DNA of 27,310 nucleotides. It comes from Syntrophobacterales bacterium. GTDB taxonomy: Bacteria; Desulfobacterota; Syntrophobacteria; BM002. The notes beneath the pieces were generated by a model. The model did not search any database, was not told the DNA's origin, and saw nothing but the letters and a program-made list of their open reading frames with translations. This document shows, piece by piece, positions 16,818-25,742 of this stretch. Both the position numbers and the translations under genes were made by a program. Each line of letters opens with the position of its first letter. Within the stretch, counting starts at the first letter, position 1. The stretch spans positions 1 through 27,310 of the forward strand of contig JASFKF010000001.1 in the NCBI GenBank assembly GCA_050118775.1, written 5' to 3'.

Positions 16818-17813
16818 ATGACGGTGAAAAAATACCTCACATTCTGGATCTCGACTCTGGCCCTATTTTTCCTTCTAAACGCAAAGCTCAGGGCAACGGA
16901 AATTCCGGCGGCTGAGTATCGCTCTAGGATCCAAGACTATGTTGCGCTCTTAGAACAAAGAGAGGGGAAATTGCAGTCTGAGGAAAGTTATTGGTTCAAC
17001 GAGAGATTTCCCCCCAATCTAGTGGTCCAAGATAATAGTGGAGATGGCTACCTCGTTGATCGTGAAGATTTTTTGCGCTGGATTCAGGAGGCTGAAAATA
17101 GTCCAGAGGGTAGGGATGACTTTATCGCTTATCAAAAGACTCTATTGAAGCAGATTTCCTTGGAAGCTAGAGGGAAATTTGAGGAAAAAGCCAACTGGGA
17201 GGAGTGCAAAAACCTTCTGGACAAGATATATAGCGGCAAAGAGTTCAACAAGCTTGCCAAAAAAAAGGCTCCTATTTGGCAAAAATACCTGCGGGAGTTC
17301 ATAGCTGCCTTGGGCAAATGGCTCAAGGAGCATTTTAAATTCTTGGGCGGAATCCAGGGGGAATGGATCTTCTACGTTGGTTACGGGATCCTGCTGGTGC
17401 TGGCGACAATCCTCATCATTTGGATAATCCGTTTGTTTGGTCCAGTGGGTTGGCGCTGGCGGCAGCCGCGGCTAGACTTGCCGACCTCGATCCAAACATC
17501 CTCTGACAAAGGCTGGCGAGAATGGCGGGATGAGGCTGACAAAAAGGCTCAACAAGGGGCTTTTCGGGAAGCCATTAGATTTCTGTTTATTTCGGTTTTG
17601 GTGCAAGGCCACCAAAAGGGATGGTGGCTCTATGAGCCAGAGGCCACCAACAGAGAACATCTCGCCCGAATTGCAGGCAACAGCGACAGGCGCCAACCAC
17701 TCCAAAGATTGATCGAAAGCTACGAACTGGCGTGGTATGGGCTGAGACAGCCAGGTCGGCAAGAATTCCAAGACTGTGAATACTGGGCTAAGAGCATGGA
17801 GGGTTTGGCATGA
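16818..17813 (+). CDS. DUF4129 domain membrane protein
   Basis: N-terminal signal/TM, central TM, C-terminal ADKKAQQGAFREAIRFLF…EATNREHL…YELAWYG. Start uncertain (track 16710; 16818 gives a signal-peptide-like N-terminus). Confidence 0.85.
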   Translation: MTVKKYLTFWISTLALFFLLNAKLRATEIPAAEYRSRIQDYVALLEQREGKLQSEESYWFNERFPPNLVVQDNSGDGYLVDREDFLRWIQEAENSPEGRDDFIAYQKTLLKQISLEARGKFEEKANWEECKNLLDKIYSGKEFNKLAKKKAPIWQKYLREFIAALGKWLKEHFKFLGGIQGEWIFYVGYGILLVLATILIIWIIRLFGPVGWRWRQPRLDLPTSIQTSSDKGWREWRDEADKKAQQGAFREAIRFLFISVLVQGHQKGWWLYEPEATNREHLARIAGNSDRRQPLQRLIESYELAWYGLRQPGRQEFQDCEYWAKSMEGLA

Positions 17814-18940
17814 GCAGTGGGGGACGTGCCAATTGGTGGAAAGCGGGAGTCTTGGGGGTCTTACTGTTCCTGGTTGCCTACGGGCTAGTGGCATTAGAGT
17901 CCAGAGGGATAAACAAGGAAAATGAACGGAGAACGACATACAGCGCCGCAGCTGGGGGATACAAGGCGCTTTATCTCTGGCTTCATAATCTGAACCTGCC
18001 GGTTAGAAGATGGGAGAGAACACTTAACGACCTTTCAGCCGAAGCATCGGTGCTGGTGATGGTAGAGCCCGAACTCGGTCCAACCAAAGGGGAGCTGGAG
18101 ACGCTCAAAGAATGGGTTGCCAATGGAGGGACTTTCGTTCTCATAGGCAGACAGCCAAATTTGTTCTGGTTAAACATGGGGTTTGAGTTGCAGCCGGTGT
18201 TTGTTATGCAGCACTTGCAAGATAACAAAGAGCCTCTACAATTCCAAGCTGGACCTTACACACAGGGGATTAAGACCCTTGATTACAATGGCCATCCTGA
18301 CCTCAGTTCGTCACGCCCGCAAGGTGTTGTACATGTCAGGAGCGGCGGAACCGGACTACTCATGGTTTTAGATGAAGGTGAAGGGCGGGTTATCGGTCTT
18401 TCCGATCCCAGTTTGTTCTCTAATGGGTCGCTGCGAGAGGGGGACCACGCTCGGCTTGCCCTTAATCTAATGCTGGCCCACCTTGGCAATGGGGAATTGC
18501 TCATCGATGAATATCACCATGGGTATGGCAGGGCGACATCGGTGCTGGCACACCTCTTTAGTTCCAGAGCTCTAATACCCCTGTTGCAAGCAATATTAGT
18601 TCTCCTTGTGCTCTGGGCCAGCAAGGGAAGACGTTTTGGGCCTCCCAGACCGCTATTACAGCAGGAGCGTAGTTGCTCTCTTGAGCATGTGCGGGCCATG
18701 GCACAGCTGTACCAGAGGGCGAAGGCGCGAGTCCTGGCTCTAAATGCTATGGTGCGTTGGATTGAAGAGGAAGCAAAAAGTATCCTGGTCCACAGGGAGC
18801 GCAACCTTCGAAATAAATTGCTGATTGCACGACAGCAGCTAGAAATACCAGACACCACAGAAAAAGAGCTTCTAAATCTCTCCCGTGGGCTTTACTCGGC
18901 CTTGGAGCAGGCTCGCAGGAGAGCGACTCACGTCGCATAG
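17810..18940 (+). CDS. DUF4350 domain protein
   Basis: TTYSAAAGGYKALYLWL, LKEWVANGGTFVL, LFSNGSL…DHARLALNL, IDEYHHGY, RRFGPP; ATGA overlap with DUF4129. Confidence 0.88.
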   Translation: MSSGGRANWWKAGVLGVLLFLVAYGLVALESRGINKENERRTTYSAAAGGYKALYLWLHNLNLPVRRWERTLNDLSAEASVLVMVEPELGPTKGELETLKEWVANGGTFVLIGRQPNLFWLNMGFELQPVFVMQHLQDNKEPLQFQAGPYTQGIKTLDYNGHPDLSSSRPQGVVHVRSGGTGLLMVLDEGEGRVIGLSDPSLFSNGSLREGDHARLALNLMLAHLGNGELLIDEYHHGYGRATSVLAHLFSSRALIPLLQAILVLLVLWASKGRRFGPPRPLLQQERSCSLEHVRAMAQLYQRAKARVLALNAMVRWIEEEAKSILVHRERNLRNKLLIARQQLEIPDTTEKELLNLSRGLYSALEQARRRATHVA

Positions 18941-18963
18941 CGCCAAGCGCTCGGCGCAGAGCG
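18934..18963. repeat. Heptamer array, CGCATAG type (reverse of CTATGCG)
   Basis: cgcatag cgccaag cgctcgg cgcagag cg; the same units are reused at 20170-20199. Confidence 0.75.
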
Positions 18964-19119
18964 AGGAAAATATCTTCAAAGTAGAAAGCTGGGACTAAGT
19001 ATTCAAACTTAGTACTTATGACGGACCATTTGAAAAAGAGTAATGAATCCAATGAGTGAATAAAAGCTATCCTAAGGCTACGCGCAATGCCATAAGCGCA
19101 TTGCGCCACGGAGTGGAAA

Positions 19120-20073
19120 ATGCCGGCAGAAGTGAAAAAGTTGGCGGACCGAATCTCAGCTGAGATATCGAAAGTGATCGTGGGGCAACAGGAGGGGGTT
19201 ACTCACTTGCTGGTGGGTCTCCTGGCAAGAGGACATGTCTTAATGGAGGGTGTTCCGGGATTGGCCAAAACCCTTCTGGCCAAAACCTTGGCTTTCATCC
19301 TCAAGGCTGAGTTCACCCGAATTCAGTTTACCCCTGATCTAATGCCCGCCGACATTTTGGGAACGCAAATTTTTGATTTACAAAGCAGGACCTTTCACCT
19401 TCGCCAGGGTCCAATTTTCACCGAGATTCTTTTGGGCGACGAAATCAATCGGGCACCACCCAAAACTCAGTCCGCCCTACTTGAGGCTATGGAAGAAAGG
19501 CAGGTGAGCATTGACGGCAAGACACTGCCTTTGTCTGAGAGCTTTATGGTGGTGGCAACCCAGAATCCCATAGAGCAGGAAGGAACTTACCCGCTTCCAG
19601 AGGCACAGCTGGATCGTTTCCTCATGAAGATAGTTTTGCATTACCCTGCAGAAAGCGAGGAGCGCGAAATACTTTCCAGATATGGGACCTCGTCAGAACC
19701 CCACGACCTGGAGGGGAGGGGAATAGGTAGACTGGCCGGAGGGGACACGGTTGTTCGATTTCGGCAAAGAGTGAGCCAGGTGCGAGTGGAGGAGGGCATT
19801 GTGGCTTATGTGCAAAAGTTGCTAACAGGGACGCGACGCTCTCCTCATCTCCATCTTGGAGTTAGCCCGAGGGGAGGAATAGCCCTGCTTAGAACAAGCC
19901 AGTGTCTGGCCGCTGTACGGGGGAGGGACTTTGTTGTTCCAGACGACGTCAAGGAGATGGCTCCAGCTGTTCTCAGGCACAGGGTGATTTTGAGGCCAGA
20001 GGCTGAACTTGAAGGACTGACGCCTGACCGGGTCCTTTCGCAGATTCTGGATGGCATCCCCGTACCGAGGTAG
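19120..20073 (+). CDS. moxR: MoxR-family AAA+ ATPase
   Basis: EGVPGLAKT, RIQFTPDLMPADILG, DEINRAPPKTQSALLEAMEE, ATQNPIEQEGTYPLPEAQLDRF, AVLRHR. Confidence 0.97.
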   Translation: MPAEVKKLADRISAEISKVIVGQQEGVTHLLVGLLARGHVLMEGVPGLAKTLLAKTLAFILKAEFTRIQFTPDLMPADILGTQIFDLQSRTFHLRQGPIFTEILLGDEINRAPPKTQSALLEAMEERQVSIDGKTLPLSESFMVVATQNPIEQEGTYPLPEAQLDRFLMKIVLHYPAESEEREILSRYGTSSEPHDLEGRGIGRLAGGDTVVRFRQRVSQVRVEEGIVAYVQKLLTGTRRSPHLHLGVSPRGGIALLRTSQCLAAVRGRDFVVPDDVKEMAPAVLRHRVILRPEAELEGLTPDRVLSQILDGIPVPR

Positions 20074-20174
20074 GTCGCATTAGCCACCTTCCTTCGTAAC
20101 AATCTCTCGCCCGCTCTCTTGGGCTTGACTGCAGTCAATCCCTGCGGTCTCTCGAGCCCTTGAGAAAGTCGCCA

Positions 20175-20334
20175 AGCGCATAGCGCGAGGCGCAGAGCGT
20201 AACTTCAGATCCATTGGAGATATTTAAAATTAGCCAGGGCAAGATGGAAATTGCTCAATCCTTTCAATCGAAACAACTATTACTGCGGGTAATATTGTAA
20301 AACGCTATACGCTATGCTCTTTGCGCTATGCGCT
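20175..20334. repeat. Inverted heptamer-arm element (about 160 bp)
   Basis: Left arm agcgcatagcgcgaggcgcagagcgt vs reverse complement of right arm agcgcatagcgcaaagagcatagcgt: 22/26, outer 12 bp perfect; AT-rich core of about 100 bp. Confidence 0.8.
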
Positions 20335-20383
20335 ATTTGTGAGCTCTGTGAGAGTTAGAAAGGTCAGACAAAAATAACAGACG

Positions 20384-21715
20384 ATGAGGACGGAAAGCCA
20401 AATACAGAAACCCTGGGAAAGATTTCCGATTCCCACTAATCTTACCCTGTGTCTAATGATCCTGGGCGTTGGATTTGCTGCTCTGCTGAACTGGAAGGTG
20501 GTCTTTGGGTTGGATCTTGGAATCCTGGTTATGTCTGTTGTGGATTACACCCTGACATTCAAGGGTGGCGAAATCCAGGGAGAAAGAATCTGCCCGCGCC
20601 ATTTCTCCATCGGTACAGAGAACAGTATAGAAATACTCTTAAAGAACACCCTTCCCTCCCGCAGGAGAGTGCGGGCGCGAGATCAAACTCCTACAGAATG
20701 GGAAGCTGCGCCAGTCCTTAAGGCGGTGATTCCGGGGAGATCTTCCTTGAGCCTTGATTATCCAGTTGTTCCTCCGGAAAGAGGGAAATACCGTTTCGGC
20801 AAACTTTTCATAAGAGTAGAGGGCCCTATGGGGCTAGTATCCAGACCCATGAGGATCAGTGCATCGGAGGAGATAAAAGTCTATCCCAGTCTTCAGCCCC
20901 TACGCTGCGCTGACCTTGCCACCTATAGGCGTGTGGCCCATCGGGGACTCAAACCAACCAGATGGAGGGGCGAGGGACGGGAATTCGAGTCTTTGAGGGA
21001 ATACGTGGAAGGTGATGACCCTCGCAAGATCCACTGGAAAGCCACTGCCAGGTTCGACCACCCTATAGTCCAGCAGTATCAGACGGAAAAAAACCAAATA
21101 GTGATGATATTGCTGGATGTGGGCCGGTTAATGAGTGCGGTGTCGGAGGGGAAAACAAAACTGGATTATGCCCTGGAGGCAGCTCTTCACCTAGCCCACA
21201 CCGCACTTGTAGGAGGGGATCAGGCTGGCATTCTGGCCTTTGCCGACCGGGTTATCTCCTTTATTCCCCCCAAGAAAACGGTTGGACAACTACAGTTTAT
21301 TTTAGAGGGAACCCTGTCCTTGCGGCCCCTTCTGGTGGAACCCCAGTACGAACAGGCACTTCTTTGGCTCCGGTCAAAAGTTCGGCGGCGAAGTTTGGTG
21401 GTGATCTATACGGATCTTCTCGACGAAGTAGCTTCAGAGAATCTTCTGAGCGCAGTATCACTGCTGAGACCAGTTCATCTGCCCCTGTGTGTCGCCATCA
21501 GGGAGTCGGAATGGGATGAATTGTTGAACGATCCGCCCACTGAGGTACAAGGGGTGTACGAGAGGGCTGTACTCCAAGAGCTCCTTCACCAGAGGAGTAA
21601 AGCTCTGGGGGGCTTGGTGCAAAAAGGAGCCTTGGCCATGGATTTGCCCCCCTCAAAGCTGTCAATAGGAACAATGGAGCGTTATTTGGAGGTGAAAAGA
21701 CGAGGCTTGCTCTGA
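20384..21715 (+). CDS. DUF58 domain protein (vWA-like MoxR partner)
   Basis: GEGREFESLREYVEGDDPRKIHWKATAR, ILLDVGRLM, GDQAGILAF, RRSLVVIYTDL; N-terminal TM segments. Confidence 0.93.
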   Translation: MRTESQIQKPWERFPIPTNLTLCLMILGVGFAALLNWKVVFGLDLGILVMSVVDYTLTFKGGEIQGERICPRHFSIGTENSIEILLKNTLPSRRRVRARDQTPTEWEAAPVLKAVIPGRSSLSLDYPVVPPERGKYRFGKLFIRVEGPMGLVSRPMRISASEEIKVYPSLQPLRCADLATYRRVAHRGLKPTRWRGEGREFESLREYVEGDDPRKIHWKATARFDHPIVQQYQTEKNQIVMILLDVGRLMSAVSEGKTKLDYALEAALHLAHTALVGGDQAGILAFADRVISFIPPKKTVGQLQFILEGTLSLRPLLVEPQYEQALLWLRSKVRRRSLVVIYTDLLDEVASENLLSAVSLLRPVHLPLCVAIRESEWDELLNDPPTEVQGVYERAVLQELLHQRSKALGGLVQKGALAMDLPPSKLSIGTMERYLEVKRRGLL

Positions 21716-22674
21716 GTTGCAGGTAACATGAGATAGCAAAGGAGAAAGACAAAAAGCAAACCAGCCGTTAGAAACTTGATCCACGGAGGCAGGTGAGCCG
21801 GGGAGAAAAAGCCTTCCACAACTCCTGCAAAGATAAGAAGAGGGACGCAGCCAAGAATAAGCTGGACAGCATTTCTACCTCGCTGAGTTAAAGCTTCTTT
21901 TCTTGACAGATCGCCAGGTACGATAAGAGATGATCCAAGCAGAAGGCCTCCTCCTCCGGCTATAAAAATGGCGCTAAGCTCGATGACCCCATGAGGAAGA
22001 ACAAAGGACCAAAAATCCACACTTAGACCGTGCAGGTGGCACAAAGCGGCCAGTGTGCCCAATAAAAGCCCGTTAAAGGCCATGATGTAGACGGTCCCCA
22101 GACCAAAGGTTATTCCGAGAGCAAAGGCCAAAAAAGTCACAGAGATGTTATTTGTCATTATTACGCTGGAGGCTACGGGACGGACAGCCAAAATTGAGTC
22201 GAACCAGACCTTGCCCCCTTCCACTTGTTGAATAAGATGAGGGGGGGCGACCAGAGGAATGAAAGTGTCGTCAATAAGGCCGGCAGCGAAACCATATACA
22301 CAGCCAAGAAGAAAGATTGCCAGGGCAGCTAGGGTCCAGGAACATGTGGCCCTGAAAGTTTGAGGGAAAGTGGAATGGAGAAAACTCCACAATCTAGTCC
22401 AGCCGGGGGTAGGGCTGCGGTAGATTTGGCCATGAGCCCGAGCCACCAAGTGGTTCAAATAATCTAGCAGTTCGTCGGGGAGGCCCGCCTCCTGTTGAAA
22501 GGCTTGTAATCGAGCCAGGTCAGCGGTTGCCTCCCGGTAAAGACGGCCCACATCGGGGAGGTCCGAAGGTTGCAAGTTTCTCCCTTTACCCCTTTCCAGG
22601 GATTGAAGGAGTTTTTCTAACCTCTCCCATCGTGGTCTTCTGGCCTCGATAAACTTTTCGATGGATTGACTCAT
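21682..22674 (-). CDS. Stage II sporulation protein M (SpoIIM/DUF95) family membrane protein
   Basis: W.RLE.LL, LYREATADLA, YLNHLVARAHGQIY, IMTNNISVTF..FALG, FNGLLLG, LPHGVIEL, AGVVEGF. Confidence 0.92.
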   Translation of the reverse strand: MSQSIEKFIEARRPRWERLEKLLQSLERGKGRNLQPSDLPDVGRLYREATADLARLQAFQQEAGLPDELLDYLNHLVARAHGQIYRSPTPGWTRLWSFLHSTFPQTFRATCSWTLAALAIFLLGCVYGFAAGLIDDTFIPLVAPPHLIQQVEGGKVWFDSILAVRPVASSVIMTNNISVTFLAFALGITFGLGTVYIMAFNGLLLGTLAALCHLHGLSVDFWSFVLPHGVIELSAIFIAGGGGLLLGSSLIVPGDLSRKEALTQRGRNAVQLILGCVPLLIFAGVVEGFFSPAHLPPWIKFLTAGLLFVFLLCYLMLPATQSKPRLFTSK

Positions 22675-22702
22675 GGCCCTAGGGTAGCAAAAGGCTGCTG
22701 GG

Positions 22703-23497
22703 ATGGAAACAGCAAAAGAGACTCTAAAAATTCAAACCCCAGAGCACGTGGGTTTTCGCTACGTACTCGCCGGATTGGGCACACGGTCTACAGCTTTTTT
22801 ACTGGACACGATTGTTAGGGGTCTTTTTATCCTATTTATTTTTTTGGTAATATTACTTCTTGCTAGATGGCTGCCAGCATTCGATCCTACCGGCATATTT
22901 GCAGCGATTCCTAAAACCTGGTTTTTTGCCCTGGGAGTGCTTGCCTATGGGGTTGTGGATTTGGGCTATTTCTTGATTTTTGAAGCCTTATGGAGCGGGC
23001 AGACCCCCGGAAAAAGAATGCAAAAGCTCCGGGTGATCAGAGTCAATGGTCAGCCCATCGGCTGGCTGGAGTCGTCGATTCGGAACATCTTAAGGGCGGT
23101 GGACATATTGCTGGGCTTTTACCCCCTGGGACTATTTGTAATGTTTCTGAGTTCTCGCAGCCAGAGAATCGGAGACTATGCCGCCGGCACCGTGGTGATA
23201 GTTGAACGCAGACGCAACGTGCCCATGGATAAAACTCGCCTGCGCACAACTTCCAAGTTGAACCTTCCGGAGCTTGAACTCCATGTTTCGACCCTTGAAC
23301 CCAAGCAATACCAGGTCATAAGGTCTTTTCTCCAGAGACGGCAGGCAATGGACGCATCCCACCGCCGTGAGCTTGCCCTTCTCCTGACCAGCCGTTTGAT
23401 GAAAAAATGGGGTATTTCATTCGGAGGTGATATCCCGGATGAGTCCTTCCTCGAGGAAATCGTCGGGATCTACGAGAGAACCAGAAGAGCCATCTAG
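22703..23497 (+). CDS. RDD family protein
   Basis: TPEHV.F.Y.LAGLGTRSTAFLLD, GQTPGKR…LRVI…G, IRNILRAVD, QRIGDYAAGTVV. Confidence 0.95.
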   Translation: METAKETLKIQTPEHVGFRYVLAGLGTRSTAFLLDTIVRGLFILFIFLVILLLARWLPAFDPTGIFAAIPKTWFFALGVLAYGVVDLGYFLIFEALWSGQTPGKRMQKLRVIRVNGQPIGWLESSIRNILRAVDILLGFYPLGLFVMFLSSRSQRIGDYAAGTVVIVERRRNVPMDKTRLRTTSKLNLPELELHVSTLEPKQYQVIRSFLQRRQAMDASHRRELALLLTSRLMKKWGISFGGDIPDESFLEEIVGIYERTRRAI

Positions 23498-23500
23498 GGA

Positions 23501-23637
23501 ACTAGGCACTAGGAACTAAGTACTAGGCACCAATTCTCAAGGTGTCAGGTTTCAGGTGTCAGGGAGACAAAACAAAAAGTCTGAACACTGAAACCTTGGT
23601 CTTTACTCCATGCTCTATGCCCCATGCCCCATGCCAT
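23501..23637. repeat. Composite heptamer element (ACTAGGC; inverted GGTGTCA/CTGAAAC arms; CCATGCY)
   Basis: actaggc actagga actaagt actaggc accaat (23501-34); ggtgtca ggtttca ggtgtca … ctgaaca ctgaaac (23541-96); ctccatg ctctatg ccccatg ccccatg ccat. Confidence 0.9.
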
Positions 23638-23765
23638 GAATGAAGGCTTTAGCCAAATGACCGTGTAGCGCAGTGACGGCCATAAACTTAGCAATGACAA
23701 TCGAATCCGGAATAGAAATTGCTAAGGTATAGTGGGACATTTCCCAAAAAGAGCAGGGGGTAACC

Positions 23766-25085
23766 ATGACTCAGAGTGGTGCCAGCGCAGAGGCCAAAAG
23801 ATTCGTTATAAGCGTGACAGGACTCAAGCAAGGAGCCTCTCCAGAGGCCTTGGTTGCTGCTCTCCAGAGTATCTTTCCAAAAAAAACCGCCGAGCAAATA
23901 CGCGGGGCCTTGGCCAGGCTTCCATTGCTATTAACCCGCTCTGCCACTGAAGAGCAGGCCGAAAAGGTCAAAAGTTTCCTCGAGTCGAAAGGGGCTATTT
24001 TGAGGTTGGTCACCTCTACTGCATCGGCAACCACGGCTTATCCTGCATCAGCGGCTAGACCTCCAAGCGCGGCTCCGGTCGCCCCTTCTAGGTCGGAGAT
24101 GGTGAGGGCAACCGCTGCTCCGCAGGAGGCAAAACCCTACAGTGGAATTGAGCGCAGGGCCAAGCCTCGGGTCCACCCCGGCATTGGGATTCATCCCATG
24201 GGAATTGGGGAAATCCTGGATCGTTCTTTTCGCCTTTTGCGCCAGCACTTTTTGCTGTTCTTCTTCATTCTATTGATCCCCCAGGGAACTTTCTTTGCAT
24301 TCAACAAAGGAAGTCAGATTTTTGTCACAGGAGGAGTGGAGCAAAGTATGACAGCGGGCATGGGTATAGGATTGATGGTCTCCGTTATACTAGCTGTGCT
24401 GATAATGATGATTCTCCAATTTTGGGCCCAGGGGGCACTAATCCATGCAGTTTCCGAAACCTATCTGGGTCATGCAACCTCGCTGGCCAGCTCTTACGGT
24501 GCCATGCGATCACGTTTGGGGCGACTTTTGGGCACCATGTTTCTTTGGGGAGTTTTGATCTTTCTGGTGCCGGCATTACTGGGCATAGCCATGGCAATTC
24601 TCGTTCCCATCATCGCCGCAGTGGGCTTCGCAACCACGACTACAGCAATACTATCAATAGTACTGGTTCTCGCCGGGGTCATCTGGTTCTTTCACCTATT
24701 TCTCAACTGGCTTCTGGTGGACAAAGTCGTGGTTCTCGAGGGAAAAAGCTGGGGAAATGCCCTGCGTCGCAGCAAAGAGCTAATGAATACCCGCACCGAG
24801 CAGGGATTTTGGAAAAGGCCAAAAAACAAGGCCGGTCTGATTTTGCTCCTAGGCTTTCTGATTGGGGTGGGGATCCACCTTCTCTTTCAAGTGCCCGGTT
24901 TGCTAAGTCAAATGTTTCTGCCCATGAGCCTCGGGGGACTGACTCTGACCCTTCAGCAAATTCTCAATGTGATAGCCACCTCACTGGCGACGGTTTTCAC
25001 TGCCATCGCCATGATCCTTTTCTACTATGACATCCGGTTGCGAAGTGAAGGCTTCGACTTAAAGGCCATGGCAGAACATTTATAA
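23766..25085 (+). CDS. Polytopic membrane protein (GPDPase-membrane-domain-like) with N-terminal L7/L12-CTD-like domain
   Basis: C-terminal part starts PMGIGEILDRSFRLL, has about 6-7 TM segments and ends FYYDIRLRSEGFDL; N-terminal LPLLLTRSATEEQAEKVKSFLESKGA; AGGGGG RBS. Confidence 0.85.
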   Translation: MTQSGASAEAKRFVISVTGLKQGASPEALVAALQSIFPKKTAEQIRGALARLPLLLTRSATEEQAEKVKSFLESKGAILRLVTSTASATTAYPASAARPPSAAPVAPSRSEMVRATAAPQEAKPYSGIERRAKPRVHPGIGIHPMGIGEILDRSFRLLRQHFLLFFFILLIPQGTFFAFNKGSQIFVTGGVEQSMTAGMGIGLMVSVILAVLIMMILQFWAQGALIHAVSETYLGHATSLASSYGAMRSRLGRLLGTMFLWGVLIFLVPALLGIAMAILVPIIAAVGFATTTTAILSIVLVLAGVIWFFHLFLNWLLVDKVVVLEGKSWGNALRRSKELMNTRTEQGFWKRPKNKAGLILLLGFLIGVGIHLLFQVPGLLSQMFLPMSLGGLTLTLQQILNVIATSLATVFTAIAMILFYYDIRLRSEGFDLKAMAEHL

Positions 25086-25144
25086 TAGGACGGTCATCTC
25101 CGTAGTCGCAGCAGACAATTGGTGAAATGTTTGGCTTAGGCCGG

Positions 25145-25693
25145 TTATCTACCTTTGGGCCACTTACGGACAAATTCCGCCTGTATTTCTGTCTCCGGCG
25201 ACGGAAGATGTGAGATGGGGTCATTTCGTCGAAGCTCGCCGAGCAGATCCAGGGCTGCCTCTCCCACTGCCATTCCATGGCGAGCCAGGTAACAGCCTAC
25301 CACTGTGCCAGTCCTGCCACGTCCTCCCCAACAATGAAGATAAACGGCGGGATTGTGCTCCATGGCCCGATCAATCTCATCCAGGATTGAAACCATAACT
25401 TCCACCGGAGGAACGTTCATATCTCGAATGGGCATGTGCACAAGTTCTATGGGGAGGTCCATTTCATTTGCCATGGTTTGAAGCTGGTCCTCATAGGGAA
25501 CAAATTGCTCTCCCTGGAAATTTTCTTCATCTCTCTCCATGAGACTTACTATGTGGCGAATCCCTTGTTCAAAAAGATTTTTCAGTTTTTCCCGAGCCGT
25601 TACCGAATCTCTGCTACCAGGATAATAGCCGGCGAGAAATTTTCCTGGCACAACCCAGTATGACCGGGTAAAGGGTACAGAGTAAGTTTTCAT
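25145..25693 (-). CDS. Dual-specificity / protein tyrosine phosphatase family protein
   Basis: CX5R P-loop VYLHCWGGRGRTG; SYWVVPGKFLAGYYP; PIRD; PET..Q. Confidence 0.92.
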   Translation of the reverse strand: MKTYSVPFTRSYWVVPGKFLAGYYPGSRDSVTAREKLKNLFEQGIRHIVSLMERDEENFQGEQFVPYEDQLQTMANEMDLPIELVHMPIRDMNVPPVEVMVSILDEIDRAMEHNPAVYLHCWGGRGRTGTVVGCYLARHGMAVGEAALDLLGELRRNDPISHLPSPETEIQAEFVRKWPKGR

Positions 25694-25742
25694 CGTCTGT
25701 CACTAATAGCGGGAATCCGTGAACAGTGGCACCCCAGTTTTT

